From contig NW_013547012.1 of assembly GCF_000711695.1 (NCBI RefSeq), forward strand, positions 240,436-260,435: a stretch of DNA of 20,000 nucleotides, read 5' to 3'. The position numbers and the translations under genes are program-made. The stretch is from Tilletiaria anomala UBC 951. Lineage: Eukaryota. A model generated the notes under the pieces. That model was not told the DNA's origin. It worked only from the letters and a program-made list of their open reading frames with translations, and did not search any database. Of this stretch, positions 10,653-20,000 are shown in pieces (position 1 is the stretch's first letter; every line of letters begins with the position of its first letter).

Positions 10653-12776
10653 CTATGGTAGATACAGCGTCTTGACAGCGATCCAAGCTCTACGCGCATT
10701 GCTACTTTTCGCACGCATCCCCTTTGCGATGCCTTCTGAAATTTGACGCCGTACAACGCTCGTAATATCCGCATAGACTGTGCATGCGACGCGTAGTCTC
10801 GAGCGGGCGGCGGGAATGGGTATCCCCTGATAGCAGGGTATGAAGGCGCATAGTATCTCTGTGCGCGGTCCAGCACTTTCAGCGCGTAGGGGAGCAACGC
10901 AAGCAATGCGGCCCCCTTCTCCTCGCCTGCTGCAATGCCCTCATCCCTAACTTCCGCGCTGACCACTCTCAGCAGATCTTCGCCGATCACGCTGCGCGGT
11001 AGGATATGACCGAACTCAAGCGGGGTAGACGCGACGGCATTCAGCTCCATGTACCCTTGTGCCTGCGGCGAGTCGGAACCTGGCATTGCAAGTTCTGCCG
11101 CACAGAGGCTTGTCAGCTGGTAGATCCGCGCGTGCTAGGTGCTTGTGGAGTTTGCAGATGGGAAGGCTGCCAAATCGTACGCGATGTCGAGCAGTTCTTT
11201 CAGCACTTTCAGTCTGCGCCTCTTCATTTTGCTGACCTCTGCTGCCTCATCCCTTGCGTCTTGCTCCGCATCTTTACTGACTACCGTAGAAACCTTCTCG
11301 TCGCTCAGATTTTCGCTTGCTCTGCAAAATGCATAGATCACACACAAGTCTGCGCGTAGGTCCCACTGAAGCAAGTAGGAAGCAGTGGTTAATGAACGTG
11401 ATGCTTTCGAGAACACTGCTATTGATATTTGAAGCGTGGTAACGCGGCTGTGTGTATTCGCGGCTGCATTTTGCATTGCTTTCGTCATTGCCTATGGTTG
11501 CAGCAGCGCTGCACTCATCTCATGCTCATCACTTGAGATGAAGGCTAGCCACAAGCCTGAATGGACTGCCAATTGAAAGGAAGGTACGTCGTAGAATATG
11601 GTGGTAACGGTGGCGATGCCCGAGCCTCCGTGTTATCCACCTTAACGTTCTTCGAAGCGTTTTCCTTTGTTTTCCCTCTCGCTAAGATTGCACTATCTGT
11701 GTGGCAGGTTTTCATGCGTTCTGGTGCGAATCTGCATATCCCGACTGCGCGGTAGAAGGTGAGGCTGGCAGCTAGCAGTATGCATTTGATCGTAACGAAA
11801 AACAGCGCTTCTTCGATGAGCAGGTCGGGTAACGCGAACACCCCAATCGAGGTGCGCTTCTGTGCAATGTACAGGAGGCACAAGAAAGGAGGGGAGGCCG
11901 TTCAGTGTGACCTTGATACGCAAAAGAAAAGTGTCAGGTAGGAGCTTACGGTAATGTACCACGTCCCACGTCCCACGTCTCTTCGCAAAGATATCCACCA
12001 CCCATAGGAAGCCAGTAGGGAGAGCAAGGGTGGCGAACAGCAGCGCAGAGCTGCCACTATAGAGGATTCGACCGATATAGCCTGCACTTCCTCAGAGTAG
12101 CAATTCAAGCGGCAAGTTCGCCCATCAGGCAATCCTGCTAACGTAGTACGCCCACCCGGTCTGTGAAAGCCTCAGGACGATTGCACCGGAAGCACTCATA
12201 CTCAGCAGTATCATGACCGCTATTGTGGACGGTGTGACAGCGCGGCTGGTCGATGTGGTGGGAGTGGCGGCTAGTCTGCAGCCTTTCTTGCTCCCCATGG
12301 CGGAGGGGCAAAGAGATATAACGGGACAAGCAACCAACGCGTCGTCCAAGTTGTGACGAGCATGATGATGATAGGCTGGATTATGATCTGATTTGAATCG
12401 GGAAGAATACATGTTACATTGGCGATCAACTCACCAGCACACGTGGGGGCCAGTGGCAGCACTGTCAGTTCGTCTTCCCGAATCCCTGGGCAACTCACGA
12501 AGAAGTACGCCTCGACGAAAACATACCAAAAATGGTAGCCCAAACGCAGTTTCTCGGGTACGTCTACGCACCCGCGCGAATCAGCGCACTGTCTCATGTA
12601 GCCGTCCACACGAGCGCGATAAGCGGAAGGAGCACGAGCTTAAGCTTGTCGAGGCGCGTCAAGAACGGCCGCACGACCAGGAAGAGGACCACTGCAAGCG
12701 GGAAGGTGAAGAGGACGTAGAAGCGCGCGTAGATCAGTCGGCACTTCTCCGAAGAGCCTGGGCCGCGGAAGGGCAT
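10653..12776 (-). pseudogene. crtYB: Bifunctional lycopene cyclase/phytoene synthase (CrtYB/CarRA/Al-2 family) pseudogene
   Basis: Collinear remnants: VRPFLTRLDKLK, WTAT*DS...A*TYP, VEAYFF, LPTGFLWVVD..RRGTW, DLLIEEALFF, SKASRSLTTASYLL.WDLRADLCVIYAFCR, LRVACTVYA, RRAWIAVKTLYLP*. In-frame stops at 12596, 12566, 12273, 12127, 12094 and 11137. Frameshifts near 12530, 12250, 11970, 11550 and 10825. The first aspartate motif reads ENLSDE and the second catalytic half is absent. Probable relic introns at 12498-12388 and 11949-11860. Confidence 0.9.
11959..11979. repeat. 7-bp tandem repeat (CCACGTC)x3 inside the crtYB pseudogene
   Basis: Three perfect copies at 11959-11965, 11966-11972 and 11973-11979. 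Removing one copy restores the frame RRGTWYIT up to the splice donor. Confidence 0.85.
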
Positions 12777-14019
12777 GGTGAATAGATGATGAATGGGTCT
12801 CCCAAAGCACGGTGGCGCGGACATTTAAGCGCGGCGGCTCGCGATGTGCGATGGATCCAAGGGCAGAGTGACAGAGCCAGGAAATCTGCTTTCACGGTCG
12901 AGGCTGATCCGGGTATAAGAGAGTTCAAGTCCTCAGAGGGTTTAGCGACAGCTCTGCAAAGAGCATGTCCGCCTTGCCGATAATAGCAGTGGCGCAGTGT
13001 TACGCTTCGCCATCATCGAGCCCGTGCATGACGATGATAGAAGATTTGCGCTCCGCAGGCGGTTAAGGGCCTTGACTAATGACTTACCTCAGCAGTCGGA
13101 AAATTTCTGCGACTCGCCTCGAAGAGGATGGAGAAGTCTTCACCCCAGACCTGATCGCTTGATTCGCTCGCGTCGGACGGCTTGGGAGCAGCAAGAACCG
13201 CAGCCAAGCCGCTGTACTGACGACTCGTCCACTCTCCATCTTGGACGATCGACTCTCAGTGTGCTCGGCACCTGGCCCTTTCGGAGCGCTTGGATCAGCT
13301 ACAGCTTCCGAGGTAGGCAAGTTGTCATGATCATGCTGTGAAAAGGCATGCTGTACAAACCCAAGGCCTATGGTGATCGATCTTCAGCATCTGCAGTACT
13401 CTGTACCCTCTGCGGGCCAGACGTGACGTATCAACGCACGGTGCGGATCAAGGGATGAAAGCAGGCTCGCTTACATAACCACATTCAAGTTCGCTCTCTC
13501 TCAGCCTCTCTTCTCTCACTTCTTTTAACGTTGAGCCTGGCATCTCAGGATAAGAGTTCAGAAGGTTGAAGGTGCATGTCAGTACAGGCTAGACGATGAT
13601 GGCGGGAGAATTTCAGTACTCGAGGACTAGAGTAACCGCAACCGCTGTGGAAGAAAGACTCGACAACACCAGCTCTCATTCGCATTCCGACTGTTCATCA
13701 ATACTTCTCATACCTCCTATGGTTTCGTGAGGTCCTTGGACGGCTTCGCAAGTTTTCCGTGTGGTTCGATCAGGAATGACGCACGATGGATTGATGATGT
13801 AGTGATGGAGATCACCACCACAGACTGTAGCTTGATATGGGTGCACGCAAGGTGACACCGTCGCACCAAGTCTCGGCTACATAGCCATTGCGCCAGCGCG
13901 TGCACAAAGAAGCTCCAGGTGGAAGAGAAAATGGTAAAAAGGTATCGTCGTGATAGTACAGCACGTCCAGTACAAAGGAGGACCGTGGAGGTGGGCTGCA
14001 AGTGCCTGTGGTACGATCC

Positions 14020-17000
14020 TCAGGCCCTCAGCATTTGAGCCCAGTCGTGCATCTTATCCATGACTGTGGTGATGTACGAGCTCTCGCTCAATAGTCGGTC
14101 TAGATGCTTGATAGCCTCTCCATCGTTCAAGGCAAGGCAGAACTTCTCCTGCACCCGCTGCACAGCACGGTCCGGCTCGCGCTGGATGTCTCTGACGTTG
14201 GCGTCGACCATAAGCGCAATGAGATTTAGGATTAGGTTGGCCGACTTGCGCAGCGACGTGAATGCCGTGAAGCAAAGGGACTTGAACCGGTGGTAGTGTG
14301 GCGAGTTGGCACCGCCCATGCACTCGACCATCTCGCGGCATACCTTGACCGGGGGTGGGTACGGCTTAGGGTCGCGTCCGAGGATATAGCCAAAGTCGAC
14401 TGCAATCGAGCAAATTTACGAACACCTCTAGTGTTAAGGCGTGTGCGAGCGAAAATGATGACTTAAGGCTTCTTACGTACCATGGAAGAAGTGCCCGTCT
14501 GGGGCTACAAGTAAGTTATCCAGATGTCGATCACCTACCTCGAGCAGGTAGGTAATGACACAATATCCGGCTGTCCAAGCGAACATCCGCAGATGTCAGC
14601 GTCCTCACATTTCGATTCTGGGAAACACGCCTTCTTACCACAACTCCGGACAAAGGTATCAAGCACCTCTGCCTTGACACCAAGAGTATCCGCGCTATTT
14701 GGATCTGGATGGTGCTCTCTGAGATAGTTGAGGACGCTGCCCTGGTACTGCGCTGCGATGCTTGCAATGCTCTGGCTCTGGACAAATTGGACCATCCCGT
14801 CCTCTGGGGCAGTGGCGAGCACCTTGTACGGTGTAATGCGCAGATCCAGATTTTCGTTTCTCAGGAGTCGGTCCATCAGTGTGAAAAGTTGAATGACCAG
14901 CTGATCTTGTCGCAGATCGTCCCCATTTTTAAAGATGACCGGATAGGCTGTCCCGTTGGAGGATGCGGCGACACCGCTCTCGCCGTCGTCGTTATCCTCA
15001 GAACCACTCGGAACAAAGTGCAGTAGCAGGGGCAGCTGGCTGCTCTTGAACACTGTGCTTTTTTCCGCCACGGTTCTGGCGATGCTCACCTTCGCATCGA
15101 GAGGCAGCGTCAACGGCGGCTGAAACTCAGCTAGCCCAGACTTGGGATCGGAAATCAATGCGCGGAGCTTCTCGATCTTCCTCGGTCGGGCATCTTTCGA
15201 AAAGCGCAACTCGACCGCCCACCGCGACAATGTCGTAACCATCCGGGTCTGCCGCTCCAGCGACTCGCGGCGAGCGATCCCGCCAGGCGTGTCAGACAGT
15301 CGATCGAAGAACTTTGATTTCACTTGCGAGAACAGTTTGCCCTGCACCTTGTCATCGCATTCGACGAGTAAGTACCAGTAAAAGTTGTTGCCCAGCTCGG
15401 CATTGCGGATGCCTCGTCGAATGAGAAAGTCTGCCAGTCGGTGCTCGCCGAAGATGCTTGCAGTGCTGGATGCGCGTAGTGAGGGTGGAGGACGCTGAGG
15501 TCGCTCGGCATTGTCACCCTCGCGAGGCTGTTCGCGTTGCAACACTCCTGGCACGCGATCTTCGCGTAGCGATGCGGACATGAGAGCGAGATGATCAAAC
15601 TTGATCGCTTGAACCAGCTGGAGCAAGTAAAGGATGAGCTCCTGCATAGCATGCCCAAAATGTTAGCGCGCCTAGCATGATATGCTCCTCAAATGCCCTC
15701 ACCGAATCATCTGCTCTTTCCAGTAAGCTGACGGCGTACGCTCGTACTCTGGCGTCCTTAAAGGTAGGTCCCAGGAGCTCAAGTGCATCGTCAACCGCAG
15801 GTTCGGACCACATCGGCACGAGGACGTCCGTGGCCTGCTTGGCCTCTGCCGGATCTGACCATGAAACGGATTTGAGAAATTTAGTGAGGCCTTTCGGATC
15901 TCTCGTGAGATAAAATCGGAATGACCAGACTAGATTCATCTCGTCTTCGGCCAATATCCGTGTCGGGGGATAGGCCAGAATTTCCTGACGAAGTTGGAGT
16001 TCGTGAGAAGGGAGCCAATGTGAAACAAGAGACTACACTCACATTGAGCTGGTCGCGAACAGAGGCATTTGGCTTCAGTTCCCGGTCAAGTGGACCACTT
16101 CTGTGTTGCCTCGCCATCCGCCTATGTTTTGCTTCAATTGGCGACTCCCTTGCAATTTCGGCATCAGCAATCGTGAAAAGAGACGAATCGATACCCGAGA
16201 TAGCCGACGAGCCGCCCACCCTCGCTCCCGCTCCACCTTGGACGGCCGAGGGGCGTGCTTGGGTTGCTACAGCTGAAGTTCCTGTTGCATATGTATGAAG
16301 AGGCGGTAGGGTGATCGGCTTTGGATCCGGTTCGCAAAAAACGAGGGGCAGCTCAAACTGCGGCATCTCAATGTAGAGAAAAATGTTCGGGCTTGCTTCA
16401 AGGTCTGCTTGGTAAATCTGCTCGGCTCTCCGGTTAGCGAGCTTGTCCATCCATTCGACAGCGGGAAGATCACCTCGTTTGTGTTTTTTGATGAGCTGTA
16501 AGGTGGGCAGCAAGGTCAGTCGCGTTGCATTGCGCCATTCACGAGTTGCATATGTGCACACTTTTTCAAGCCGACCCATCTCGTCCTGCACGGATCCGAT
16601 CTTCGAAGGCGTTGAGCTCTCGGCGGATCCGTCTCCTTCCTGGCCTTTCCATACAAAAAGACGATGCTGAGCTTTGCGCAGCGTACTGAAATTAGAAGGA
16701 AATTGTAATGGCTAGAGCAATGTATGGTGGTATAGCTTGTACGAAAACACCTACCCGCGCTTGCCGAAGAGGCGAAATGTGGTACCTCCAACGACATTGC
16801 TCTTATTTGGACCAGCCGTGTCATAAATTGTGAAGGAGATTTGAGCATTTAATGGCAGCTCTGATAAGCTCCATGGGAAAGTGATCCACTCGTTCCAGCT
16901 GTGGGTCAATTTCTATGTCAGCTCTTTCTCAATTCACCATGGTGAATTTCATTGACTGACTTCCATCCCTTGTGGAACTGCTTATACGCGGTCCGGTAGA

Positions 17001-17343
17001 AAGGCGTCAGCGGTTTATTGTCAGAGTACAGTCTGAACCGCACATAGAGGTCGGGATAGTCTCTGCAAGCGGTTCGCATGTCAGACGAGACGGCTACACT
17101 GTGCTCAGCAGCGCCGCTTACGTTGTTTGCGACCCCCAAAACCGATATTCTGGGTGTTCCAACAATTCTGTTCGGGAATGCTTGGATAGCTTCCCGACCA
17201 GCGACGAGCTGCAGACACAAAAAAGAAGTATCAGCCCGGTACCCAGTGCTGCTTGCAAGGCGAGCGGCTGACATGCGGATTCGTAGCGGTAGATGGATAT
17301 CTGCGCATTTGTAGAAACTGTAAACGTCTTTGTCGTCCGTCAT
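14020..17343 (-). CDS. VPS34: Class III phosphatidylinositol 3-kinase
   Basis: About 10 exons. C2 domain ([24 protein letters not shown]), [13 protein letters not shown]...LDRELKPN, helical domain ([19 protein letters not shown]), kinase domain ([55 protein letters not shown]) and C-terminal [10 protein letters not shown]. Confidence 0.96.
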
Positions 17344-17585
17344 TGTATCTCTTGCATGTGTCCGACGGTCTGATTCCCAATAAACTTCGGTCTTTGTTGC
17401 GTGATATGCGCTCGTCCGGAGCCGATGTGGATGTCAGCCTATCTCAACCGTGCAGGAGAACGAGCATATGAATGTGAACAGCGCCGTTGAGCTGAGCATC
17501 ACAAGGTCTAGCCATGTGCAGGCTGTGATAACCTTGTGGTGATGCCATGACCGCCCGTATAATCAAGTATTTAGTGAGAGTCCAG

Positions 17586-17637
17586 TTGTGAATTGTGAAT
17601 GGAACTACCCGTTGTGAATCGCCATTCACATTCACAA
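17586..17637. repeat. Imperfect inverted repeat built from TGTGAAT units in the divergent VPS34/F-box-like intergenic region
   Basis: TTGTGAATTGTGAATGG (17586-17602) pairs with CCATTCACATTCACAA (17622-17637) with one bulge. A further TTGTGAAT lies in the loop. Confidence 0.6.
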
Positions 17638-17983
17638 ATACGTAGAGTCCACCTTTCCCCAGTGCCTCTCGCGGTCTCGCTGAACGCGGTTATCAGTTAA
17701 GTCAATGAGGACCGTGACGGCAAGCAACGTGACTACCTGATATACATCCTTCTCCGAGTCTGAACAAAGGAGGGCACAAGGGCAACGCTCCTTGAGACAA
17801 GCGCTACGCCAAATTCTGTTATGGCAGCGCCACGATGGACTCGGGCATCGAATGCGGCCGCTCTGCTGCCTAAGGTACCTTTCCAGTCGGTGCGTTCAGG
17901 ATCGCATGACTCCCCGAGCGTCGACATTTGATCCGTTTAGCTGCCTTAACACCGAATTCATGCAACCTTACCATTTGTCCAAG

Positions 17984-19823
17984 ATGGTACCGGCAGCATT
18001 GCCTCCAGAGCTGATCGCTCACGTACTCTCCTTCCTCAAGCCATCTGCCGAACCGTCTCTCTATCCTGCGGCAGATGCGACCACACTCGAGCTGCCGAGC
18101 GCAGCTATGCATCATACAGATCACCTCCGAGATTATTGCAATTGCTGCTTGCTCTCTCGAGATATCCTTCCGTACGCCCGCCAGTTGCTTTACCGGACTC
18201 TGGTGCTAGGAAATGCTCGCCAAGTCCGCCTGCTGGCCCGCACGCTGGAAGGCCACGATGCTCGCAGCGCCTCTCCTAATAGGGACTTTGAACAAGCGCC
18301 CTTCAACATGGGGTCACTCATTCATCCTGAGATGATGCTCGCTCTCAGCCCGATGAAGATGACCGATGCGGCAACCGAGACTCCTAGCAATGTCGGCGCA
18401 CTTGCAGACGGCCTAGGCGTATCAAGCAACGGCATTAGGCAGGCAGCTCAAAATATTGCGAGGTACATTCAACATGTTTGCATCACGCACAATGATGGAT
18501 ATCTCGCCTCTGGCGATACATTATCGGACACTTATGCGTGGGCTCCAGGTCTTCGAACGCTTTTCACACATGCAGTCAACCTCGAGATGTTGAGCCTCGT
18601 CAGCAGACCGAACGGTGCTGCCATCGAGCAACTCGTCAATCCCAAAACACGTGGCTCACTCAAATGCCTCACTGTTCAGTCATTGAGGTATGTTAACTGG
18701 GTCAAGATCCGTCGTAAAAGTGCAAAGCCAAACTGAACTAGGCCATGCTTGCAGCTATTCGGCGCTTCCTTTTATCCACAAGCCTGACCCGCGTCTGTTT
18801 CGGAACCTCACCCACCTACATCTCATTCAGACCGTGCCCAGGAAGCCCTTGCTCAAGATGCTCGTCGACTCGGAGACTTGCTGCTCTCCATTACAAGTCT
18901 TGCGGCTCTCGCGCGTCTATCACGATGGGCTTGATCGGCTCGAAGAATCCCTCAATTTCATCGAAAAGCAACGTCCAATGGATGAGAGCCTGATAAGTGG
19001 AGAACACGCAGATGCGGGCTCAACCGAAGAGTATCAAATTTTTCTCCACGGCAGATCATCAAATGCAACAAAGCTGCAAGTTGCAATTCACCTGCTCATG
19101 CGCAATCTAGTCTTCTTCCCATGCCTACGATTACTGCTCCTCGAGCTGGGCGAGATGGGAGCCCTTGATCCACCTCCACCGCCAACGCAACGATTCGCTA
19201 ACATGACAGGCACTCCCGGTGAGCAATTCGTCTCTTCCGTCAATAATTCTGCTACAGCCACTGGACAACTTGCTACGCTCGATTTCCCGAGCGACGTGCC
19301 GCTGAGCTTTGACGAAGCAACCGCTTGGGACCAGGAAGAAGAGAGGCGGCGGACAGCAAATCGAGACGAGTATTGGCTCAACGTCAGAGAAGGTAAGGAA
19401 GCGCTGAAAGAATTTGCTGCTGCTTCTCTGAAGCATGTCTTCAACAATGAGATTCCCTTTGCTGAGGGACGCGAGCCCGCCGTACGGAGAAGGCCTGACC
19501 AGGGACTCGAAGTGCGTGTCGTCGCACCTCGGCCGGGCGGTTGGAACCGATTCGAATCGCAGGCGGACTTTGATGCTCAAGTGCCTGACGCAAATTGGTC
19601 CTGCACTGAGGAGCGCACAAGCTACAATGATCCCGACGTCTTTGAGCTCGCTGAAAAGCGCTGGGACTTGGGTTATGCACCATTTCCGGACGCTTCCATC
19701 TACCATTCGCACAACGGCAAAGCAGCGGCACCCAAGTATTGGCTAGGCACTCTGCCAAGAGTCAAGGCTTCTGACGGGGTGGTTAGCCAAAGTGGAGTAT
19801 CTCTCGACCCAATGCAGAGATGA
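17984..19823 (+). CDS. Hypothetical protein with an N-terminal F-box-like motif
   Basis: Exons 17984-18687 and 18755-19823 (intron GTATGT..GCAG) give 590 aa. LPPELIAHVLSFL...CCLLSRDILPYARQLLYRTLVL resembles a fungal F-box start. Several LxxLxL segments follow (NLEMLSL, NLTHLHL, PLQVLRL). ATG 17960 is an alternative start. Confidence 0.75.
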
Positions 19824-20000
19824 CACAAATATGCATGTGAAGCATATTGTAGGAGCAACAGTAAAGACAGGCAACCTTGTTCTCGATGTAGTCTTTGAGG
19901 CGCTACATGGCTGCCTGGATCCAATCTTGAACACGAGATGTGGGCCCATTGGCCTTGCGAAGTGGAAGACCCGACAATTTGCGCGTAGGGAGCTGAAGAT

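Noticed and set aside
10643..11086. 147-aa minus-strand ORF as an independent gene
   Set aside because: It is part of the crtYB relic. Its last third is out of frame relative to the ancestral C-terminus, which ends at TAG 10655-10653.
12092..12596. crtYB rescued by A-to-I editing, stop readthrough or a TGA=Trp genetic code
   Set aside because: The gene also has several frameshifts, a degenerate DDxxD motif and a missing catalytic half. Neighbouring genes use TGA as a normal stop and TGG for Trp.
13740..13800. VWFD fragment as a remnant of the carotenoid oxygenase HWFDGDG motif
   Set aside because: Only three residues match and the flanking sequence gives no support.

Overview
Gene-dense, intron-containing fungal DNA; a basidiomycete, probably Ustilaginomycotina-like, is inferred from gene style and short GT-AG introns. 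Left to right: a possible decayed gene running off the left edge (-), an MFS monocarboxylate-type transporter (+), poly(A) polymerase PAP1 (+), COQ7 (-), an intact four-exon phytoene desaturase crtI/carB (+), a heavily degraded lycopene cyclase/phytoene synthase crtYB/carRA pseudogene (-), about 1.2 kb without a recognisable gene, VPS34 (-) and an F-box-like hypothetical protein (+). The main observation is a half-dead carotenoid cluster. The gene that makes phytoene carries many stops, frameshifts and an apparent large deletion, while the gene that consumes phytoene is fully intact and sits head-to-head with the ubiquinone gene COQ7. This suggests retention for another substrate or substrate source. 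Secondary leads are a bZIP-like motif pair upstream of both crt loci and a possible GC-AG-spliced, presequence-like N-terminal extension of PAP1. All exon boundaries were read manually and no database searches were run.
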